NCBI GenBank assembly: GCA_046485285.1
Contig: JAWOHE010000039.1
Coordinates: forward strand, 1-25,091
DNA: 25,091 bases
Origin: a bacterium
Lineage (GTDB): Bacteria > Hydrothermota > Tepidihabitantia > Tepidihabitantales > Tepidihabitantaceae
Direction: 5' to 3'
Below, one piece after another: positions 17,913 through 25,091 of this stretch. Every line of letters starts with the position of its first letter. Within the stretch, counting starts at the first letter, position 1. The translations under genes were made by a program, and so were the position numbers. Under the pieces are notes generated by a model. It was not told the origin of the DNA. It was given only the letters and a program-made list of their open reading frames with translations, and made no database searches.

Positions 17913-18668
17913 TCACACCTCCTTTCCGGCTAGGACTTGTCCGGGCGGAACGACCTCGCCCAGGACGTACATCAGGCTGGCCAGGGCCACGGCACCCGCC
18001 AGCCGGGCGCGCAAGGGCCGGGGCCCGAGCGAAAAGCTCCTGGCACCGGCCTCCCGGAGCAGTTCGACCTCGGACCGATCAAGGCCGCCCTCCGGGCCGA
18101 CCACGACCAGGACACTCGCCGGACCGCCAACCAGCGCACGACTCAAAACCTGCTCGTTCTCGTCCTCCCAGGCGACGAGCGCCAGCCCGAAATCGCCGCA
18201 CCGCGCGGCGAGCCCGTCCAGGTCCACCGCGTCACGCACCTCGGGCAGGACCGACCGTCGCGAGCACTTCATCGCCTCGAGCGCGACCCTTCGCAGGCGT
18301 GCGGCCCGGCGCGGACCATACCCGCCGACCGTCCGCGCGCTCCTGAACGGCACGACCTCGACTGCTCCCAGCTCGGTCGCCGCCTCGACGACCTCGGTCA
18401 GTTGGTCGCCCTTCAGGATGCCCTGCGCCAGCGTCACCCGCACCCGGGGCTCGCCCTGCCCCGGCCCGGCGCTCGCGACCCGCCCGCTCACCGCCGAATC
18501 CGTCACCTCGGAGAGCCGCACCCGGTACTCCATCCCCTGCCCGTCAACCGCCCGCACGAACTCGCCGGGGCGATGCCGCATGACCCGCGCGATGTGACGC
18601 GACTCGTCCGCGTCGAAGCGGACCGACCCGTCTGCCGTCGCGCCGGCGGCAAGGTAGTAGAGCTCCAT
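17913..18668 (-). CDS. rsmE: 16S rRNA (uracil(1498)-N3)-methyltransferase
   Basis: H...V.R, K, TELG, VGPEGG...E, SLG.R.LR. Confidence 0.9.
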   Translation of the reverse strand: MELYYLAAGATADGSVRFDADESRHIARVMRHRPGEFVRAVDGQGMEYRVRLSEVTDSAVSGRVASAGPGQGEPRVRVTLAQGILKGDQLTEVVEAATELGAVEVVPFRSARTVGGYGPRRAARLRRVALEAMKCSRRSVLPEVRDAVDLDGLAARCGDFGLALVAWEDENEQVLSRALVGGPASVLVVVGPEGGLDRSEVELLREAGARSFSLGPRPLRARLAGAVALASLMYVLGEVVPPGQVLAGKEV

Positions 18669-19801
18669 CAGTCCGGCCGGCGCGGTCCTGGCGGCGCTTC
18701 GCCTGCCGTCGCGGCGAGCTTCTGCCAGAGCGCACGCTCCTCACCACTCAACTTCCGGGGGACGTGCAGCACGACGCGGACCAGCTGGTCGCCCCTGCCG
18801 CCGTCAAGGTGACCGACGCCTCCTCCTTTGACCCGCAGGAACGCGCCGTTGGAGGTGCCGGGCGGCACCGAAAGCGACTTCGCGCCCGCCAGCGTCGGGA
18901 CTTCGACCTTGCCTCCGAGCACCGCGGTCGCCAGCGGAACGGCGACGTCAACGACGACGTCGTCACCCCGACGCAGGAAGAGCGGGTGCGGGCGCTCCTC
19001 GACCTCGATCAGCACGTCGCCGTGCCCGCCCGGTCCCGAGTGCCCCTCACCGTGGAGCGGGATGTAGTTGCCGCTCGACACGCCCGGCGGGATCCGGACC
19101 TTCAGCGTCCGGCGGCGCCTCGTCCGCCCATCGCCCCGGCAATCCCGGCACTGCTCCTTGAACCGCCGGCCGGCGCCGCTGCACGCCGGGCAATCGGCGA
19201 CCTGCACGAACTGGCCGAAGATCGAGCTCGTCTGCTGTCGGACCTGCCCCCGGCCGCCGCACGTCGGGCACCTCTCCTCGCCGGAGCCGCCCTTCCCGCC
19301 GCAGGTGGCGCAGGGCTCGTACCGGGCGAAGCTCACTTCCTTGACGGTGCCCTCCGCGACCTCCTCGAGCGTCAACCGCATCCGGATGCGGATGTCGCCG
19401 CCGCGCTGGGAGCGACGTTGCGCGGGCCCGCCGCCGAACAAGAGGTCGAACAGCCCCCCTCCACCGCCCCCTCCGAACCCTCGGAGCAGGTCGCCGAAGA
19501 CGTCGTTCAGGTCGTCGGTGTGGGAGAAATCGCGCCGGAAGTTGAACCCGCCCGGCCCGAACTGGCTGGAAACGCCCTCGTGGCCGTGCTGGTCGTAGAG
19601 TTGGCGCTTGCCGGCGTCGGCGAGAACCTCATAGGCCTCGGAAAGCTCCTTGAACTTCTCCTCGGCCTCGGCCCGGTTCTCCGGGTTACGGTCCGGGTGG
19701 TATTCCTTGGCCAGCCGCCGATAGGCCGACTTGATTTCGTCGGGCTTGGCGGTATTCGAGACACCCAGGACTTCGTAGTAGTCCCGCTTGGTCTTCGGCA
19801 T
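18668..19801 (-). CDS. dnaJ: Chaperone DnaJ
   Basis: J-domain with HPD, G/F region, four CxxCxGxG repeats, C-terminal domain. Confidence 0.96.
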   Translation of the reverse strand: MPKTKRDYYEVLGVSNTAKPDEIKSAYRRLAKEYHPDRNPENRAEAEEKFKELSEAYEVLADAGKRQLYDQHGHEGVSSQFGPGGFNFRRDFSHTDDLNDVFGDLLRGFGGGGGGGLFDLLFGGGPAQRRSQRGGDIRIRMRLTLEEVAEGTVKEVSFARYEPCATCGGKGGSGEERCPTCGGRGQVRQQTSSIFGQFVQVADCPACSGAGRRFKEQCRDCRGDGRTRRRRTLKVRIPPGVSSGNYIPLHGEGHSGPGGHGDVLIEVEERPHPLFLRRGDDVVVDVAVPLATAVLGGKVEVPTLAGAKSLSVPPGTSNGAFLRVKGGGVGHLDGGRGDQLVRVVLHVPRKLSGEERALWQKLAATAGEAPPGPRRPD

Positions 19802-19881
19802 TCAGGTGCGGCAGCGTGCTTCACGCCGCCGCGGAGGTAACACCTCCTCGCGATGCCGGTCGGTCGATTCCGGTCACAGAG

Positions 19882-21792
19882 TTACTTTTTCTCCTCTTCG
19901 TCAATCACCGTGTAGTCAGCGTCCACGCCCTTGCCGCCTTCTTCGTGCGGCTCGTCAACCGGCTTGTCCGAGGTACCGGCGGCAGACTCGGCCTGCTGCT
20001 GGCTCTTGTACATCTGCTCGGCAAGCTTGTAGCTGGCCTTCTGCAGTTCCTCGATCGCCTTATCGATGGCCGCCCGGTCGTCGGCCTTCGCGACGGAACG
20101 CAGGCCGGCCAGCGCCTGCTCGACACTCTGGCGGTCGGCCTCGGAGATCTTCTCGCCGTGTTCCTGGAGCGTCTTCTCGGTCTGGTAGATAAGAGTATCT
20201 GCACGATTGCGGCTGTCAACGAGCTCGCGCCGCCGACGGTCATCCGCAGCGTGGTCCTGGGCCTCGCGGACCATTCGGTCCACCTCATCCTTGGCGAGGC
20301 CGGACGAAGCGGTTATCCGGATGCTCTGCTCCTTGCCGGTCGCCCTGTCCTTGGCCGTGACGTGCAGGATTCCGTCCGCGTCGATATCGAACGTGACCTC
20401 GACCTGGGGTATCCCGCGCGGTGCGGGCGGGATGCCGGCCAGTTCGAACCGACCCAGCGTCCGGTTGTCAGCCGCCAGCTCACGCTCGCCCTGAAGCACG
20501 TGAACGGTTACGGCCGGCTGGCTGTCCTCTGCCGTCGTGAAGACCTGGCTCTTTCGTGTCGGGATCGTCGTGTTGCGGTCGATCAGCTTCGTCATCACGC
20601 CGCCCAACGTTTCAATGCCCAACGACAGGGGAGTGACGTCAAGCAGGACAACATCCTTGACCTCGCCCGCAAGCACCGCGCCCTGTATCGCCGCGCCGAT
20701 GGCGACGACCTCGTCCGGGTTGATGCCCTTGTGCGGTTCCTTCCCGAAAAACTCACGCACGGTCTCCTGGACCTTGGGCATCCGTGTCTGCCCGCCGACG
20801 AGTATGACCTCATCGATGTCACGCGGGGTCACCTTGGCATCGGTCAGCGCGTTCTTCACCGGCTCAAGCGTCCGCTGAACCAGGCCGCCAACAAGCTGCT
20901 CAAGCCGGGTTCGAGTGAGCCTGAGATCCAGGTGGAGCGGCCCTCTCTTCTCATCGGCGGTGATAAAGGGCAGGCTGATCGACGTCTCCATTGAAGTCGA
21001 GAGCTCGCACTTGGCCTTCTCGGCCGCCTCCTTGACCCGCTGCAGCGCGGTCTTGTCCCGCGCGAGGTCAATCCCGTTCTCGCGCTTGAACTCGGCGATT
21101 GCCCAGTCCATTATCGCCTGGTCGAAATCGTCCCCGCCCAGGTGCGTGTCGCCGTTTGTCGACTTGACCTCGAACACGCCCTCGCCGATCTCGAGGATCG
21201 ATATGTCGAACGTCCCGCCGCCCAGGTCGTAGATTGCTATCTTCTCGGACTTCTTCTTGTCGAGGCCGTAGGCCAGCGCGGCCGCGGTCGGTTCGTTGAT
21301 GATCCGCAAGACCTCGAGCCCTGCGATCCGGCCCGCATCCTTGGTCGCCTGGCGCTGGGAGTCATTGAAATAGGCCGGCACGGTAATGACCGCCTTGGTC
21401 ACCGCCTCACCGAGGTAGGACTCGGCCGACTTCTTCAGGTGTTGGAGGATCATCGCCGAGATCTCTGGCGGCGAGTACTTCTTCTCGCCCACCTCAACCC
21501 AGGCATCGCCGTTCTCCGCGGCCGTAACCCTGTACGGCACCTTCGGGATCTCCGCGCCGACCTCTTCGTGGCGCCGACCCATGAATCGCTTGATCGAGTA
21601 GACCGTCGTCTCGGGGTTGATGACGGCCTGACGTCTCGCCAGGGTTCCCACCAATCGCTCCTTGCCCAACGCAACAACCGAAGGGGTCGTCCGGCCGCCC
21701 TCCGGATTCGGAATGACGACCGGCTGTCCACGCTCCATCACCGCAACGCACGAGAAGGTCGTGCCGAGATCAATGCCGATCACCTTCGCCAT
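19882..21792 (-). CDS. dnaK: Chaperone DnaK
   Basis: [39 protein letters not shown] at 21792 follows GGGAGG. Confidence 0.98.
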   Translation of the reverse strand: MAKVIGIDLGTTFSCVAVMERGQPVVIPNPEGGRTTPSVVALGKERLVGTLARRQAVINPETTVYSIKRFMGRRHEEVGAEIPKVPYRVTAAENGDAWVEVGEKKYSPPEISAMILQHLKKSAESYLGEAVTKAVITVPAYFNDSQRQATKDAGRIAGLEVLRIINEPTAAALAYGLDKKKSEKIAIYDLGGGTFDISILEIGEGVFEVKSTNGDTHLGGDDFDQAIMDWAIAEFKRENGIDLARDKTALQRVKEAAEKAKCELSTSMETSISLPFITADEKRGPLHLDLRLTRTRLEQLVGGLVQRTLEPVKNALTDAKVTPRDIDEVILVGGQTRMPKVQETVREFFGKEPHKGINPDEVVAIGAAIQGAVLAGEVKDVVLLDVTPLSLGIETLGGVMTKLIDRNTTIPTRKSQVFTTAEDSQPAVTVHVLQGERELAADNRTLGRFELAGIPPAPRGIPQVEVTFDIDADGILHVTAKDRATGKEQSIRITASSGLAKDEVDRMVREAQDHAADDRRRRELVDSRNRADTLIYQTEKTLQEHGEKISEADRQSVEQALAGLRSVAKADDRAAIDKAIEELQKASYKLAEQMYKSQQQAESAAGTSDKPVDEPHEEGGKGVDADYTVIDEEEKK

Positions 21793-21815
21793 CAAACCTC
21801 CCTTATGTCTGGATG

Positions 21816-22373
21816 TCAGCTGTCCTGCGAACCTCGATCTGAAACGCCCGGGCCGGGCCCGGACGCGTTACTCTCACTGCCAGTCTTCGGTCGCGCCACT
21901 ACCACGCGCGCGGGCCGAATGACCCTGTCTCCACACCGGTAGCCCCGGCATTCTTCTCCGACCACTGTTTCAGGCGCATGCTCATCACTCTCGACGAAAC
22001 CGACTGCCTCGGCCCGTCGCGGGTCAAACGGCTCCCCCACGCAACTGAAATCAGCGAGCCCATGCGCTTCAAGTGCCGATCGCAACTGCCGCTGTATCAT
22101 CACCAGGCCCCTGTGCACGGACTCGACCGTCGCTTCGCTCATGCTCGCGGCCAGCGCGCGCTCAAAGTTGTCCAGAACCGGGATGACGTCACCTACTACT
22201 GCCTCAATACCACGTCGCCTGGCTTCTGCCCCCTCCTGGGAGGCTCGCCGCCGGAAGTTCTCGAAATCCGCCGAGGCCCGTAGTGCCGCGTCACGATAGC
22301 CACTGCAACTGGACTCGACTTCGTCCAGCTTCGCCAGTAGCTCCTTCACGGGGCCAACCTTCGTGTTACTCAT
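21816..22373 (-). CDS. grpE: Nucleotide exchange factor GrpE
   Basis: [25 protein letters not shown]...EA, GY....RV.RPA.V.V. Confidence 0.93.
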   Translation of the reverse strand: MSNTKVGPVKELLAKLDEVESSCSGYRDAALRASADFENFRRRASQEGAEARRRGIEAVVGDVIPVLDNFERALAASMSEATVESVHRGLVMIQRQLRSALEAHGLADFSCVGEPFDPRRAEAVGFVESDEHAPETVVGEECRGYRCGDRVIRPARVVVARPKTGSESNASGPGPGVSDRGSQDS

Positions 22374-22648
22374 TGAAGCAGCATATGCTTAGACTCGCAC
22401 TGGATGGCCGTCGATTCGCCTGAAGTCCCGCCAGACAGCCGAAACACACCGACGTCGGACCGACCCCGGTCTGCTGGACACTTCCCTGAGCGGCTTGGGG
22501 CCGGTCTTCGTATTCGGCCGGGCTCAGGTAATCTGGCGTTGCAGCGTGAGCGCCGCCGTATCGCGCCCGGCGCGAGAGCCCGCTCATCGAACACTTCGAT
22601 GTCCTCGGGGATAGCCGCCCGCGCCCCGACTTCCGGCCGCCGTGTCAT
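22370..22648 (-). CDS. Hypothetical 92-aa ORF coupled to grpE (doubtful)
   Basis: GGAG upstream of the ATG at 22648; its TGA overlaps the grpE ATG (ATGA). No recognisable motif. Confidence 0.25.
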   Translation of the reverse strand: MTRRPEVGARAAIPEDIEVFDERALAPGAIRRRSRCNARLPEPGRIRRPAPSRSGKCPADRGRSDVGVFRLSGGTSGESTAIQCESKHMLLQ

Positions 22649-23112
22649 GTCCGCTCTCCGCACCTTCGCTCGGCTCCCACCTGTCAGCTGCCGCCGGCCC
22701 GGAGGTCTACCCCCCGAATCGTCAGTCGGCGGGGAACGAAACCGGCCCGCGTCTCCGCAACTCAACCGATTGCCCGCGCTCGACGCGCCCGGCTGTCGCA
22801 GTCACGAGGACCCGGTCCTCCCGCACCGACCGCCGGGCGTACCGGTCCAGCACCGGCGCAAGCTCCCCGAACGACGCGCCGCAGGCCCGCCTGCGCGCAA
22901 CGCGCGGGCAAGCCCGCAGGTAATCGGCAATCAGCCCCCAGCGTCGGTCGCCGCGCCCGGCGCAACCGTCTCTCCCGGGCCAGAGCCGGCCACCTTCACA
23001 TTACCATCCATAACCTATGTTAGTGGAAACTAACGACCCGGCCAATCAGAGAATCATCACAATCGGTTGAAAAGCCAGAACTTCATTGGGCTTCGAATTT
23101 ACCCCCTCCCCC

Positions 23113-23340
23113 ATTCCCGGGATCGTCCCCGGGGCCGTCCCGGGGACCGCTCCCGGGGCCGCTCCGGGGACCGCTGGGGGAGCCGTTCCCGGGGCCATCC
23201 CCGGAGCCGTCCCCGGAGTCGCTCCGGGGGCCGCTGGGGAAGCCGCTACCGGGGCCGCCGGGGTAGCCATCCGGGGAGCCGCCCGGGGGGCCGTCCCGGG
23301 GGCCGCTCCCGGAACCGCCCCCGGAGCCATTCCGGGAGTG
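23113..23340. repeat. Tandem array of 19 degenerate 12-bp units (consensus about GYYCCSGGRGCC)
   Basis: Units in exact 12-bp register from ATTCCCGGGATC (23113) to ATTCCGGGAGTG (ending 23340). Confidence 0.9.
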
Positions 23341-23393
23341 CGGGTGGGGATACGCCGAACGGCTGACCGCGCGGCGGCGGCCGCCTGCCTGCG

Positions 23394-24758
23394 CTACTCG
23401 ACCAGCACCAGCCGGCTGGATTCGCCGGTGTCCTGCCTGCGGATGAAGTAGACCCCGCGGGCCAGCCGCCGCACGTCGTTCTCGCCCGGCGCGAGGTCCA
23501 TCACCTTCCGGCCGGCCGCATCGAGCAGCAGGCTTCGCCCCCTCACCTCCTGCCCCTCTCCCACTGGGAGAGGGAAGGGTGAGGGCCGCAGGTGCAGCAC
23601 CCCCCGGACGATGGTCGGGCCGGACGCCCCGGCCGGATGCGCGCGCACGTCCGGCTCCCCGACCCCGGTCAGTAGCGAGTCCCGGATTATCACGACCTGG
23701 TCGATTCCGCTGAAATACACCCTGCCTTCCGCCTCGTTGACGCAGTTGTGCCGGTAGTCCACGACCGGGACCGGGACGCGCGTCAGTTCCCGGCTGGCCT
23801 CGCAGTCAAACACGATGACCCGGAACGTGTCGAAGTCCTCGTAGGCCGCAAACCCGCGGCTCGTGACCGGGTTCACGCAGAGCCCGACTTCGCCAATTCC
23901 GGGATGCGGGGCCAGCCGCGCCGGCGCCATCGTCGTCGGGCTCATCTGGTAGACCCATTCGTAGCCGACCTGGTCCGACGCAAGGTAGATCCGGTCCGCG
24001 GTCGGGCTGTAGGCCAGCGCACTGACGTCCGGGACCCGGGTGCCGCCCGGCAGCACCGAGTCCAGCGCGGCATCGATGACGAAGAACCCAACCTGGGAGT
24101 AGCAGCCGACGAAGACTCGACCGGTTCCCGGATGATAGCAGCTCGCATCCGGGAAGTAACACCGCTCGAGTCCAATCGTGGGCAGCATCGAGTCGCCGAG
24201 CACGTCCACGACCCGCGCCTGCTCATGGTCGAAGATGTAGAGTTTCCCGTGCTCCGGGGCGAGGACCGCCGTGGACACTTCATACGCCCGCAGGCGCCGG
24301 TAGCCGAACACGGTGCGGAGGCTGTCGCCGTCGGCGCTGAAGACGTAGAGCAGGGTTTCGCCGATGCACAGGACCCGGTCCAGCTCGGGCGCGCTCACCA
24401 GCAGGTACGGCCGGTCCCTCAGCGCGTGCCGCGCCACAACGGTATCGCCGCAGCAATCGACCGTCACGACCTCGGGAGTGCCCCGGCATCCTACGAACAA
24501 CCGGCCCGCGCCCGGGTTCGCCGCCAGCGAGTTCGGCGCCGGTCCGACGACGACCGGGTCCAGAACCTCGTTGGTGCGGCCATCTATCACGGTGAGAGTG
24601 GAATCGCCCTCGTTGGCAACGTAGACCCTGTTGACGGCCGGCTGCCAGCACATGGGACCGGGCAAGCGTCCGGTCGGCACGACCGCTTCCACCCACTGGG
24701 CCGAAGCGACCGTCCCGAAAGCCAGCAGTACCGACAGGAGCAAACACCGTCCGGTCAT
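23394..24758 (-). CDS. Secreted YncE/YVTN-like beta-propeller protein with T9SS-type-A-like C-terminal domain
   Basis: GGAGG RBS, ATG at 24758, signal peptide ...VASA|QW, repeats such as NRVYVAN....TLTVIDG.TN, tail TIVRGVL...LLDAAGRKV..L.PG.NDV..L..GVYF.R....RLVLVE. Confidence 0.85.
   Translation of the reverse strand: MTGRCLLLSVLLAFGTVASAQWVEAVVPTGRLPGPMCWQPAVNRVYVANEGDSTLTVIDGRTNEVLDPVVVGPAPNSLAANPGAGRLFVGCRGTPEVVTVDCCGDTVVARHALRDRPYLLVSAPELDRVLCIGETLLYVFSADGDSLRTVFGYRRLRAYEVSTAVLAPEHGKLYIFDHEQARVVDVLGDSMLPTIGLERCYFPDASCYHPGTGRVFVGCYSQVGFFVIDAALDSVLPGGTRVPDVSALAYSPTADRIYLASDQVGYEWVYQMSPTTMAPARLAPHPGIGEVGLCVNPVTSRGFAAYEDFDTFRVIVFDCEASRELTRVPVPVVDYRHNCVNEAEGRVYFSGIDQVVIIRDSLLTGVGEPDVRAHPAGASGPTIVRGVLHLRPSPFPLPVGEGQEVRGRSLLLDAAGRKVMDLAPGENDVRRLARGVYFIRRQDTGESSRLVLVE
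23540..23585. repeat. REP-like nested palindrome inside the coding sequence
   Basis: CCCTCACC (23540-47) pairs with GGTGAGGG (23578-85), enclosing CCCTCTCCC-ACT-GGGAGAGGG (23554-74). Confidence 0.7.
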
Positions 24759-24780
24759 TGAGCACCTCCGGTTCAGTTCC

Positions 24781-24808
24781 AGTCTAGCCTTGACCGACAA
24801 TCTGTCAA
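24781..24808 (-). promoter_or_regulatory. Sigma70 promoter for the beta-propeller gene
   Basis: TTGACA (24808-24803), 16 bp, TAGACT (24786-24781), just upstream of the GGAGG RBS. Confidence 0.7.
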
Positions 24809-24813
24809 TCGGT

Positions 24814-24849
24814 CGGCGCGGGAGCCTGAAGCCCCGAGCCCCCGCGCCG
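24814..24849 (-). terminator. GC-rich hairpin after the FlgD-Ig-tailed gene
   Basis: CGGCGCGGG / CCCGCGCCG 9-bp stem, extendable with G-U pairs on the minus strand. No U-tract. Confidence 0.35.
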
Positions 24850-24861
24850 GCCGTCCCGGTG

Positions 24862-25091
24862 TTACTTCATCGCCACCGCCTTCTTGACGTCCTTGTATCC
24901 GGGCGCGTCGAGCCGGTAGAAGTAGATGCCGTTCGGCACCGCCCGGCCCTGCCCGTCGCTCCCGTCCCAGGTCACCACGTACGCCCCGGGTTTCTGCCGC
25001 CCGCTCGAAAGCGTCCGCACCAGCCGGCCGCCCGCGTCGTACACCCGCAGCAGCACCTCGCCCTCGCGCCCGAACTGGTACCGAATCTGCG
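24862..25091 (-). CDS. C-terminus of a secreted protein with FlgD-Ig / T9SS-type-A sorting domain, partial
   Basis: IRYQF.....V.LRVYD..GRLVRTL......PG.Y...WDG.D..G..V..GIYFYRL......KK. The frame stays open to the window edge. Confidence 0.88.
   Translation of the reverse strand, partial: QIRYQFGREGEVLLRVYDAGGRLVRTLSSGRQKPGAYVVTWDGSDGQGRAVPNGIYFYRLDAPGYKDVKKAVAMK

Noticed and set aside
2265..19840. Many long overlapping Arg/Pro/Ala-rich alternative-frame and antisense ORFs (e.g. 6267-8072, 12277-14169, 13388-15544)
   Set aside because: Expected in high-GC DNA. They have no motifs and overlap confidently identified genes.
19816..21942. Long plus-strand ORFs antisense to dnaK
   Set aside because: Well-known antisense shadow ORFs of hsp70 genes caused by codon bias.
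22389..22415. CIRCE element upstream of grpE
   Set aside because: TTAGACTC resembles one half-site with a deletion, but there is no GAGTGCTAA partner.
22400..23000. Housekeeping ncRNA (tmRNA, RNase P, SRP, 6S, tRNA) in the gap upstream of grpE
   Set aside because: No diagnostic termini or conserved motifs recognised by eye. An Rfam scan is needed to exclude this fully.
23102..23112. KOPS-like GGGGAGGG pointing to the dif-like site
   Set aside because: Single occurrence in G/C-run-rich DNA, and an oppositely oriented GGGAAGGG lies at 23572-23579.
23046..23396. TAG readthrough fusing the beta-propeller to the in-frame PG-repeat ORF
   Set aside because: The frame is open, but the protein already ends in a typical terminal sorting strand (RLVLVE). 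No recoding signal or pyl genes are visible, and chance is sufficient.

Overview
GC-rich bacterial chromosome segment. The secreted proteins with T9SS-type-A/FlgD-like tails and the gene order suggest the FCB-related candidate phylum WOR-3; this is inference. Left to right: (i) the left end of an IS element with the start of its transposase (1-190). (ii) A sigma70 promoter driving an aeRF1-like baeRF3 gene and an HPF/RaiA gene, a likely ribosome hibernation cassette. (iii) A minus-strand operon, apparently leaderless: divergent tryptophanase, 4Fe-4S protein, SppA with a beta-barrel-like N-terminal domain, BFD-like 2Fe-2S protein, FAD/DAO oxidoreductase. (iv) A divergently transcribed ferredoxin and protein disulfide oxidoreductase. 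(v) A 13-kb minus-strand housekeeping run, grpE-dnaK-dnaJ-rsmE-rpsU-mutS2-dnaG-rpoD-rsmI-CDP-alcohol phosphotransferase-hflX. (vi) An unexplained 1-kb region containing an AT-rich site and a 19 x 12-bp quasi-palindromic tandem array. (vii) A secreted YncE-like beta-propeller whose C-terminal sorting domain carries an in-frame REP-like palindrome, and the 3' end of a FlgD-Ig-tailed protein. No rRNA, tRNA or CRISPR array was seen. All calls come from motif recognition by eye; no searches were run.
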